From Basidiobolus meristosporus CBS 931.73 (taxonomy: Eukaryota; Fungi; Basidiobolomycota): a stretch of DNA of 64,000 bases. The translations under genes were made by a program, and so were the position numbers. Of this stretch, positions 38,598 to 48,154 are shown piece after piece. Each line of letters starts with the position of its first letter. The stretch's first letter is position 1. Under the pieces are notes generated by a model that did not search any database, had not been told where the DNA came from, and saw only the letters and a list, made by a program, of their open reading frames with translations. Location of the stretch: contig MCFE01000354.1 in assembly GCA_002104905.1 (NCBI GenBank), positions 24,091-88,090 on the forward strand, read 5' to 3'.

Positions 38598-40079
38598 CTA
38601 TTGGAAGGCAACATCCCATTTCTTCACTTCCACGTTGCCACCGCCTCCAGCATAGCCAGTTCCCTCCGAATGCAGTTGCACGATATCCTTGGGTCGACAC
38701 TTCTTGTCGCAGACGAAGCATTTCTGGGTGCTCTTGACGAACTTATCCATGCAATGCTTACACAGGACGTGGCCGCAGGACTTGCTGACTAGTTGACATG
38801 GAAGTGATTAATCCCACGCACGGTGGATGCAAAGTTTGGCGGAACACACTCACTTGATATCTTCATCCCGTTGTTGAGCGTTTTGAGACATGAAGGACAC
38901 ATATGACCAGCAGGGTTCTTGGAGTCTGGTTCGTTGGATTTGGTGAATACGACTGGAGTCAACTTTTTGATACTAGCGATGGAAAGCTCGGTTAGTTGAT
39001 CGCTGTCCACTCCATAACGCGAACGGGTTCTTACTTTGTGGGATGGGGCTTGGCAGCTGTGCACATCACCTGCTGCTTTGCGGGCTCCAGGGTGTCGCTT
39101 TTGGAGTCTGGAGTTAGGGTAGGCTGTGGAACGGTAAGTAAATCCGCGCATACAAAAGACGTGACTCAATCCACCTACAATCCAGAAACTAGGCAATGCC
39201 GATTTGTTTTTCTCTTGCTATGGTGGGAAAGTGGTTAACGACCGGGAGAGGGGCACCAGTAAATCCGCAATGAACATACCTCCTGCTTCTCTATACGCGT
39301 TAGGGCTTCATCACGCACAACTTTAGAGCGCGCCTCGATATCCTCTGCCTTTAAGCCAAACACCCGACTCTGCTCCTCTCCGGCGGCTACGAATCCATGT
39401 TAACCTCTACTCATCTAGCAGGAAAACCTCAATCGAACCTGTGATAGCGAGGGTTGAGGAAGGAGCCGCAACCGCTTCCTCCTTAGGTTCACTCTTGCTG
39501 GCTAGTCTACTAGCGGAGATCTGGGACTGGGTCTTTTCAAATTCCCTGATCACGACGTCCTGGGCCTCGGCTTCTTTTCGCTTACGCTCTTCCTGGAGTT
39601 GGTCATAGAAATAGAAAACTTCAGTGAAGTGAAGTGGAAAAGAGAGCTGGGTGATTGGCGTACCTCGAGTTGAGACTTCCTGCTCTCGAGGTCTTTGTTT
39701 TGACGAGCGATCTCCTTCTTTTGTGCGACGATATTTTCATATATACATTCCTTGCAGGCGATGTGGCCTTCAGTGCTTGGATAGGGTAAGTACGTAGATT
39801 CAGGTTGCTCTAGGAGCAGAAGGGAATCGTTTTACCAACTAAGTGGATCCCTGGCCGTTTGCAGACACAAGAAGCAGGCGTCGAAATTCCGCATGGAATC
39901 CCGGCCAAGGCGTTGCTACAAATGAACACGAAAAGACGGGCGCATGTTCAGCGACATGTTGAAAGGGAGGACACAGATTGATTGGGGGAGCCTACTTTTT
40001 GGGTTCCGTAGTTTAGTCGCTGCTTTTCCGCGTATGTGAAAAACCCTAGGGCGGTGCTATTCTTGGAATGTCTGGACAT
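38598..40079 (-). CDS. NOSIP: NOSIP homolog (RING/U-box E3 ligase, spliceosome-associated)
   Basis: Spliced reading MSRHSKNSTALGFFTYAEKQRLNYGTQK|QRLGRDSMRNFDACFLCLQTARDP..GHIACKECIYENIVAQKKEI..LPSFWIP..CPSCLKTLNN..CGHVLCKHC..CFVCD..GTGYAGGG. Confidence 0.9.
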
Positions 40080-40282
40080 ATCGTTGGAGCTTAGATAGAA
40101 ACGGAGTTTAGGGAAGTCCTGGCGCGCTAGCGTAGCTGGACCACTTGCTGGATGTTGAAAAATTCATGGATTTGATCAAAAAAAATTGGTCTCATTCGGT
40201 GCGAATGAATGCTGATGCCAGTTTATTTACTAAGCCTCAATACTGATGGTCCGTCGTGACTTGGAGTGATAGTTCGACGACC

Positions 40283-40861
40283 ATGACAAGTAACGAAGTG
40301 TTCCCAAAGTTTATGTCTCCTCTCGTGGCCCATTGACCCCAACCTTTTTTATTCCATTCGACTTAGTTTCTTATATACAAGATCTGCAACCTGGAGACAC
40401 CAAGGTCACCGTACAGGCGAAGGTTTTGAAAGTCGAACTGTCGGCTGAGACCACTTTGGCCGGTGAAAATGCGTTTTCTCAACTTGGCGCACACCTGTCT
40501 GTGCTGAAATATGACTAACAACGGCTTTTGTAGATGAGACTACCCTCAGGGTTGCCAACATTCTGTTAGCAGACAAAACCGGAACCGTGGTGTTTTCCGC
40601 ACGTGGAGGTAGCGAGTCACCACGTCTGCACTGGGAATTCTCACTAACGGATAGATAGCTCAGATAGATAGACTGAAACCAGGCTCCTGGGTGAACATCG
40701 ACCAAGGCCAAGTGGAGCTCTCCTTTGGCCACATCCACCTTACGACCCCTGGCCAGGGCGTTGACGATATAAAGCCAATAGAGTCCCCGAGTGACCAGTT
40801 GAACCTTTCGAGTAACATCACGCAGTATCAGTATCAGTATTCCTCGATTTATCACGATTAG
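40283..40861 (+). CDS. Small single OB-fold nucleic-acid-binding protein (SOSS-B/At4g28440-like)
   Basis: Exons give DLQPGDTKVTVQAKVLKV, LLADKTGTVVFSARG, RLKPGSWVNIDQGQVELSFGHIHL; multiple short introns. Confidence 0.65.
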
Positions 40862-41550
40862 GTATTGGTTAGAATGTGTTTATGTCCCGATTAAAGCATC
40901 TAAATTAAAGCCTATCCACCTATCTACCGGTGTGCTCAATAGACCCTCACCTTCTGTTGCGGCTTAGACATCGAGCTAATCTCCAGCAATCGCCTTCTAG
41001 TATATTCGATGACGCAAGGCAGCGAATTCTCGGCCCAGATCCATGTCAATCCGTCCAAGAAACAACAATCTGGATAACAAGGACACGCCTAGCCTGCCCA
41101 CTCCGATACGGATACGCAGAAGATTCCGGAATCGCCAATTTCCAGGTGTCAATCCGAGTTGCAGTGAAGCAATCAAGGTGGTTTCCTAATCAAGGGGAAG
41201 TACCGCTGCATTCGGCCACCTGGGATGCAATGGATCCTGTTGTCTGCCGGATCAGCAGCTCGGATCAGCATTTTCCCCAATTCGCTGATGTCTAGGTTCC
41301 AAGGCAAATGCCATTTGGTAAGCTGCCAAAGTGCGTGACTCAGCCTATTCACCTAATCCGATCTCTCACTCATGGAGATTTAGTCGATCCAGCTCTTGCG
41401 ATGATTAAAGATGCGAGTTGCCTTATTTGTGGAGTCCTGACAATTCGTTGTTGTTGCCTCGCCAACCGGTGGTGGTGGTTTTGTATAAAAGGGACTCCAG
41501 TCGCGGCGGATGGGAGCAGGAGATCCCATTCTCATTCACACTTCTTGAAC

Positions 41551-42807
41551 ATGTCCAACAACCTTAGCAGCAAACTCGGCGTCACTGATGTTGATGTCAA
41601 GGGCAAGAGAGTCCTCATCCGTGTCGACTTCAACGTCCCCTTCGCTGACGGTAAGATCAGCAACAACCAACGTATCGTTGCTGCTCTCCCCACTGTCAAG
41701 TATGTTCTCGATAACGGTGCCTCCGCTGTCATCCTCATGAGTCATCTTGGCCGTCCCAATGGCCAAGTTGTCCCCAAGTACTCCTTGAAGCCCGTTGCTG
41801 AGGAGCTCAGCAAGCTCTTGGCCCGTGATGTCACCTTCCTCAACGACTGCGTTGGTCCCGAGGTTGAGAAGGCTTGTATCGAAGCCAACAACGGCAAGGT
41901 CATCCTCTTGGAGAATCTTCGTTATCACATCGAGGAAGAGGGTTCCGCCAAGGACAAGGAAGGCAACAAGACCAAGGCCTCCCCCGAAGCTGTCAAGGCC
42001 TTCCGTGAATCCCTCACCCGTCTTGGTGAGATCTATGTCAACGATGCTTTCGGTACCGCTCACCGTGCCCACAGCTCCATGGTTGGTGTCGACCTCCCCG
42101 TCCGCGCTGCCGGTTTCTTGATGAAGAAGGAATTGGACTTCTTCTCCAAGGCTTTGGAATCCCCCGAGCGTCCCTTCCTCTCCATCCTCGGTGGAGCCAA
42201 GGTCTCCGACAAGATTCAATTGATCAACAACTTGCTCGACAAAGTCGATGCCATGATCATCGGTGGTGGTATGGCTTACACCTTCAAGAAGACCCTTGAG
42301 GGAGTCGAGATTGGTGACTCTCTCTTCGACAAAGCCGGTTCCGAGATCGTCAAGGATCTCGTCGAGAAGGCCAAGAAGAACAACGTCAAGCTTTACCTTC
42401 CCGTTGACTACATCACCGCCGACAAGTTCGACAAGGATGCCAACACCGGTTACGCCACTGATGCCACCGGTATCCCTGCCGGCTGGCAAGGATTGGACTG
42501 CGGTGAGAAGAGTAACGAGATCAACCGCAAGGCCATCTTGGAAGCCAAGACCATCCTCTGGAACGGACCTTTGGGTGTCTTCGAATTCGAGAAGTTCGAC
42601 AAGGGTACCAAGGGTGCTCTCGACGCCGTTGTCGAGGCCACCAAGAACGGAGCCACCACCATCGTCGGTGGTGGTGATACCGCCACCGCTGCCAAGAAGT
42701 GGGGACAAGTTGAGAACATCAGCCACGTCTCCACTGGTGGTGGTGCCTCCCTCGAATTGTTGGAAGGCAAGCAACTCCCCGGTGTCGTTGCTCTTTCCTC
42801 CAAATAA
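41551..42807 (+). CDS. PGK1: Phosphoglycerate kinase
   Basis: Intronless [85 protein letters not shown]; strong high-expression codon bias. Confidence 0.99.
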   Translation: MSNNLSSKLGVTDVDVKGKRVLIRVDFNVPFADGKISNNQRIVAALPTVKYVLDNGASAVILMSHLGRPNGQVVPKYSLKPVAEELSKLLARDVTFLNDCVGPEVEKACIEANNGKVILLENLRYHIEEEGSAKDKEGNKTKASPEAVKAFRESLTRLGEIYVNDAFGTAHRAHSSMVGVDLPVRAAGFLMKKELDFFSKALESPERPFLSILGGAKVSDKIQLINNLLDKVDAMIIGGGMAYTFKKTLEGVEIGDSLFDKAGSEIVKDLVEKAKKNNVKLYLPVDYITADKFDKDANTGYATDATGIPAGWQGLDCGEKSNEINRKAILEAKTILWNGPLGVFEFEKFDKGTKGALDAVVEATKNGATTIVGGGDTATAAKKWGQVENISHVSTGGGASLELLEGKQLPGVVALSSK

Positions 42808-43936
42808 GCGAGTCGCATAGAAGTGAAGCCGTTCCCACCGACTTCCAACGTCATTTTGTAACATCCCCCCGTTTTCTGAATAGAAATTACGCTTGAATAA
42901 ACCCAACCATGTAATTATTCACCATCCACCTTCGATTTCCGTCCATCGATTTGAATCCATATCGCCTTTCTTGGCCCCCTTGGTATCCGATACCTGGGAT
43001 CATCGTAACCAGGTTACTTGGAAGACGGGGCAGTGTCTAGACTGCCACAGCTGTGGTCAATATTTTGCCTCGAGCTTGGGCAGGGCGGACCCAACATCGC
43101 AATGGGCTACATGCAAGTGCCATTGTTGATCGCTCGGCCAAATCATCCTTGGGTTCCCAACCTACCAATGCTTGTTGCTACTGTGCTTATCTCCTGTATG
43201 GAACACTCGCTTCTTTGCCAATCGAACGGATTTTTGGGTAGATGAATCACAAGACCACACATCCCCTGGATGCTTGGCGCCCGCTGCGTACTTGGCATAT
43301 AGGGCGTGATCTAGTTCTTGGGGTTCCTAGAGGTTGCTGTGCCACTGGGATTGGCATGAATTGAATCCCTCGGAAATAGCTCCTCCCCCCCTCCCCAGAT
43401 GGCATCCAAATTCTTTGACCATGTGACCCGCATTGGTGCTCAGGAATCCTAGGTAGGTATGTGTAGACTTGACTGAGATGCGAAGCAAGTGGACCAAGGG
43501 GTTTGGGAGCAGCTTGGCGTTGGTCCGTTGAGTAATAAGGGTCATCTATATTGCGTACTGCCTGAGCGTTTTCAATCTGAGTGGTGTTGGTGTCAAACTG
43601 AACAATCACCCCGCCCCTAGAGGAAATCTACTGATGCCCAAGGTTTGACCATTGGTTCGGACAGTAACAGAAAATACTGATGTTGGGGTGGGGGTTATTG
43701 CACTGTTGGTGTGGTGCTAAGGCCATTTCAAGCCAAACAAATGGTTGGAAACCCTGGTGAAATTTGAACCAAGTTGAATGCCCTCTAAGGAAATCCAGGC
43801 TTCAAGATGCCTCTGTGGTGGATTTTGTAAATACACCCAAGTATATCCATTAATTTGGTCAATGTGTATGCTCTGTAAATAAATCCTCTACAGACTTATA
43901 CATGCCACATTTTCTACCAAATCCCCAGGTGCTCAA

Positions 43937-44193
43937 TGTTGTAAGAGTATTGGGGGACCAAGTAGATCATGTTGTAAGAGTGTTCCAGATATTGGAATTG
44001 ATTGGGAGTCCAAGTAGATTATGTTGTTCCCACTTGATGATGTATTGAATTTAAAAGTAGTATTTATACTTTTACATTTTCTTGAAGAATCAGACACACA
44101 ACACATGCTTAGGATGATCCCAAGAGCATGTGTGGAAAGTTTGGGGCTATTTGGACAACTTTAAGATTTCTCTTACTTTGGTTACCTGGTATT
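43937..44193 (-). repeat. Older diverged copia-family LTR remnants (two stacked termini at 43937 and 43970), cut by a younger LTR
   Basis: tgttgtaagag starts at 43937 and 43970; 43970-44193 aligns with substitutions to 44194-44420 and stops at ggtatt. Confidence 0.75.
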
Positions 44194-45045
44194 TGTTGTA
44201 AGAGTCTTGGAGATGTTGGAAGTGATTAGGAGAACAAGTAGATTATGTGGTTTTCACTTAATGATTTATTGAATGTAAAAGTAGTATTTATACTTTTACC
44301 TGATCTTGGCATTACAAACACGTAGAATAGGTTAAGAAGGGTCCCAAGAACATGTGTGCAAAGTTTGGGGCTGTTTGGACAACTTTGAGAATTTTCATGT
44401 TCTGGTACTGGTATTTTGGTGAGAATATTCTAAGTAAATCCCAACAAGGAATTTGGTCAGTATTCTCTAGGATTTGAAGGTAATGATCTAAGTGACTAAG
44501 TTAGGTGAATATTTAGGTGGAAATACAAATTTTTACAACACTCCCACTCAGCTAAATGTTCATACTGACTAGTCCTAATTTTGACCTAAGATATTCAAAC
44601 TTGTCTCTAGCTAATGGTTTGGTAAATATGTCTGCAATCATTTCATCTGTAGGACAGTAAACTAAGCTAACTAAGTTATTCTCTATAGCTTCACATATGA
44701 AATGATGTCTAATATCTATGTACTTGGTTCTAGCATGAAAAGTTGGATTTCTACCTAACTGTATAGATCCTTGATTATCTTGAAATAAAATAATAGGTGT
44801 TTTTTGACATAGTCCTAAATCTGAAAACAGCTTTCTTAACCACATTGCTTCTTTTGTAGCTTCACAGGCTGCCATATACTCTGCCTCTGTGGTGGAAAGT
44901 GCTACGGTTGGTTGCTTTCTTGAATTCCATGAAATTGCTCCTTTACAGTAAAGAAAGGTATATCCTGTGGTGGATCATCTGTCTTCCAAATTTTGTCCCC
45001 AATCAGCATCAGAGTATCCCACAAGGTCCTGTTCTGAATCCTTGA
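44194..45045 (-). mobile_element. Ty1/copia element A: complete 3' LTR (44194-44540), PPT and RNase H end; 5'-truncated
   Basis: LTR bounded by TGTTG...CAACA; PPT (minus strand tgagtgggag) at 44541-44550; RNase H text AACEATKEAMWLRKL, QDNQGSI, HARTKYIDIRHHF, IADIFTKPL. Confidence 0.9.
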
Positions 45046-45296
45046 GTTTGATGTGATACTGCAAGTTGACGCGACTTGGTCCGCTCCAATGGACTTGTGT
45101 CTAAATGAGCAGTTTGGCAAGTTCTCGTAGTTTTGCTCTGAAGCGCACACGTTGACCCGACGCGCGTTGACTCAATGCGGGGCGTTCTGGTAAAGGGTGT
45201 TGGCGTACTCTGGACTGACGTGCGCCGGCGTGCTGTGGTTGCAAGAGATGGTAGGGAATCCAGCAAGGCGTGCTGGCGTGATCTGGATGATGTTGC

Positions 45297-45923
45297 TCAT
45301 GGTCTGTATTCTTCCTCCTGAAGCTCACCATCTGATTCCTCAAGGTATTCACTTACCCTCTGTCTGATACTTTGGAGCTGTTGCCTGGATGAGTCCTGTG
45401 TATATTGCTCTTGGAAGCCACTCAGCTCTACTAATATATCACATAGTACATTAGTCATTTGAGGCAAAAACTCATTCAAAATCTCTTTGGTTCCCAAAGT
45501 TGAGGCACAAACGGACGCATCCGGCCCGTACTGTGCAAATTGCGCGTGAAATTGTTCCCGCGCGGCTTCTTTGTCAAATCCTCTCACTCTCAGCTCATTC
45601 TTGATTTCAATACTTGTCTTGTTACATATCTTTTTACATACATCGGCTGGCATCTTGATGTAGAACTCATGCCACAGCTTTCTACTCAAATTCTTCCATC
45701 TTTGTTGACTCTCTGAGGTATCTAGTTCTGCTAGATTAATCAGTAGTGCCCAAATATCTGTATGAAGGCTCATCATAGACACTTGGGCCATACTAAAATC
45801 ATTTGGCAAGAACTCAAATGGATCCATCATCAACTTTTTTGGTCCAGACTGTGCTTGTGAGCTGGGGGATGGGTTTTGTCTGGGTTGTACTAAAGATGAG
45901 TTGAGGCTTGGTATGGGGACCAT
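45297..45923 (-). CDS. Accessory ORF2 of the PHIS-like element (unknown function); reading frame continues past a TGA to ~45045
   Basis: 208-aa ORF divergent from the transposase. After the TGA the same frame reads ATSSRSRQHALLDSLPSL.. up to the copia junction. No domain recognised. Confidence 0.5.
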   Translation of the reverse strand: MVPIPSLNSSLVQPRQNPSPSSQAQSGPKKLMMDPFEFLPNDFSMAQVSMMSLHTDIWALLINLAELDTSESQQRWKNLSRKLWHEFYIKMPADVCKKICNKTSIEIKNELRVRGFDKEAAREQFHAQFAQYGPDASVCASTLGTKEILNEFLPQMTNVLCDILVELSGFQEQYTQDSSRQQLQSIRQRVSEYLEESDGELQEEEYRP

Positions 45924-46025
45924 AGCAACGGATTTGGATACTTATACAGCAGTATATTGGCATCAACCTGGTCTTATATGAAATATATATGAAAACTAAT
46001 GTGATTGTTGAATTTTCCATATATT

Positions 46026-46757
46026 AGACTTGTTCTGTTGGATAGTGCCACATTGAGCCATGAGTGCCAAATGATGCCATAGTGTGCCAGAGAGGTCAAG
46101 TGAACCTACACTTGGCCACAGAGTGTGAAACATAGCTCTGCATCTTCATGTAAAGCAGCCCCTGTGTTTCACCCATTGCGCAGGAGAAAATCCATTTTTT
46201 GACCTTTTTTTTGGATCAATGTTGTGCAGGATATGTTAGAGCACAAGCAGATTGAAGATATGCATCTGGTACTCAATACCCATGGCACTCTGAATCTAGC
46301 TCCTGTAGCTTGTATCATGTCACAAAAATGAATGGCACAATCTTGGTCCACTGGTACTAACTGGCACTATAAGTGCTTTGTATAGATCTTACTTTAGGGC
46401 TAATATTTAAATATAGTGCCAGATAGTACCAGTGGACCAAGATTGTGCCATTCATTTTTGTGACATGATACAAGCTACAGGAGCTAGATTCAGAGTGCCA
46501 TGGGTATTGAGTACCAGATGCATATCTTCAATCTGCTTGTGCTCTAACATATCCTGCACAACATTGATCCAAAAAAAAGGTCAAAAAATGGATTTTCTCC
46601 AACACAATGGGTGAAACACAGGGGCTGCCTTGCATGAAGATGTGGAGCTATGTTTCACACCCTGTGGCCAGGTAGAGGCTCAATTGGCCTCTCTGGCACA
46701 CTATGGCATCATTTGGCACTCATGGCTCAATGTGGCACTATCCAACGGAACAAGTCT
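46026..46757. mobile_element. 732-bp fold-back non-autonomous element (346-bp inverted arms, 40-bp spacer), ATT target duplication
   Basis: att|AGACTTGTTCTGTTGGATAGTGCC ... GGCACTATCCAACGGAACAAGTCT|att; arms 46026-46371 and 46412-46757. The ORF track shows mirror-image 60-aa translations. Confidence 0.9.
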
Positions 46758-47017
46758 ATTATGCATGATGCATCTTGGATCACGTTGACACGGATCAGAT
46801 CACATCAATTGCAGATTTCCTATTTGATTATAGACCTATGATTAAAGCATCAATAAAAGTACCAAGGCATTGTTTGCGGATGATTTTTGCAACATAATGA
46901 TGGGATACATGGCAATTGATGGAGATTTAATCATAATGTATTAAAAATCAGATAAATAAGGCGGATCATGCCAAATCAATTCAAACCGCCTTAATACAAT
47001 CATCCACCAATTTTAAT

Positions 47018-47902
47018 ATGACTTACTCATCTGAATGGTCTTTTCTCATCAATCCCATCACTACCACTGGATTTCCTTTTGACACACTAGAGGAGATCTA
47101 TTCCAAGTACTGTGGACCATCAACACCAATCTACTCAAGGAGATCCCTTGTCAAGCATCTCTGCTATTACAAGAACTATTGCCCTACAAGGTTTCATCCC
47201 ACCATCCATAGCAACAAAAGTCCTAGAAGCTTTCATTCCCAGCTGACAGCAATGGAGAACCATCTTGCAGAGGGTATGAATGACTTAGAGCAAGCTTGGA
47301 ATACTAGGTTTAGAAGCTCCAATAGACTTCCATATCCCAGAGTGTTCAGCAACAGGTTCCATATCAGGAGTATTTTGGATACCTTCCCAGTGAGGATTAA
47401 CAGACCTTCTAGAGGGCAGAGGCACTTTTATTCTGGCAAGTACAAGGCACACTGTGTGAAGTTTCAAGCACTGTCTGACATTGAGGGTAACATCATCTGG
47501 TTTAGTGGGCCATTTGCTGGAAGTAGGCATGACAAAGCACTCTGGGTAGAGAATCATCCTGAATTCAGTAGAGGGGAGAAATGTATGGCAGACTTAGCTT
47601 ATATAGGAGAGGATTGTCAGAGATTAGGATGTATTACAGCTTATAGGAAGCCAAGGAATGGTGTGCTTAGCAGGAAGCAGAAGCTCTACAATGAGATACT
47701 TAATCATTTCAGAGTAAGGGTAGAGCACACATTTGGATATCTGAAGAGATTCAGCATATTGGCAGGTAAATACAGAGGAAAGTCATATATAGGAGAAAAC
47801 AGCAGAATAGGTAAAATAGTTAAGATACTTATTAATGCACAGTATGTTCATACAAGAAGACATCCACTGAGAGAAATGTGTCTGGAGCATTATCAAGAGT
47901 AA
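47018..47902 (+). CDS. DDE_Tnp_4-type transposase (IS5/ISL2-like, PHIS superfamily), open frame of 294 aa
   Basis: ILDTFPVRINRP, FYSGKYKAHCVKFQ, FSGPFAGSRHD, CMADLAYIG, RKP..LS..Q..YN..L..FRVRVEHTFGYLKRFSIL. Confidence 0.9.
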   Translation: MTYSSEWSFLINPITTTGFPFDTLEEIYSKYCGPSTPIYSRRSLVKHLCYYKNYCPTRFHPTIHSNKSPRSFHSQLTAMENHLAEGMNDLEQAWNTRFRSSNRLPYPRVFSNRFHIRSILDTFPVRINRPSRGQRHFYSGKYKAHCVKFQALSDIEGNIIWFSGPFAGSRHDKALWVENHPEFSRGEKCMADLAYIGEDCQRLGCITAYRKPRNGVLSRKQKLYNEILNHFRVRVEHTFGYLKRFSILAGKYRGKSYIGENSRIGKIVKILINAQYVHTRRHPLREMCLEHYQE

Positions 47903-48085
47903 ATAAAGCAAGGAAAGCACTATTCTGAGCAACATAAGTAAGATTGAGTAAAATTACCAGTAACTGTATCATACCACAGGCATCATGGTAGAAATTATAG
48001 TGCCAGATAGTGCCGTAGAGTGCCAGATCAATCCGGCACCATAAACAGGCTGGCACTATGTGGCACTATCCAACAGAACAAGTCT

Positions 48086-48154
48086 ATTAAGTGAAAACCA
48101 CATAATCTACTTGTTCTCCCAATCACTTCCAATATCTCCAAGACTCTTACAACA
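48086..48154 (+). repeat. 3'-terminal fragment of a plus-strand copia LTR
   Basis: attaagtgaaaaccacataatctacttgttctcccaatcacttccaatatctccaagactcttacaaca matches the end of LTRs 53570-53919 and 60192-60540. Confidence 0.9.

Larger units (their letters stand above)
45045..48085. mobile_element. PHIS (PIF/Harbinger-ISL2EU-like) DNA transposon, left end lost: divergent ORF2 and DDE transposase, right TIR ending at 48085
   Basis: Right end ggcactatccaacagaacaagtct followed by ATT inside a copia LTR; transposase on +, accessory ORF on -; no matching left TIR seen near 45045. Confidence 0.7.

Noticed and set aside
41536-42906. 456-aa antisense ORF over PGK (and 185-aa alternative-frame ORF 42263-42820)
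   Set aside because: Expected shadow of strong codon bias in a highly expressed gene; no recognisable motifs.
43000-43609. ORF 43247-43609 and nearby short ORFs at the island edge
   Set aside because: Possibly a decayed element fragment, but no identifiable domain or termini.
46169-46614. Two near-identical 60-aa ORFs on opposite strands
   Set aside because: Artefact of the palindromic element; not evidence of coding.
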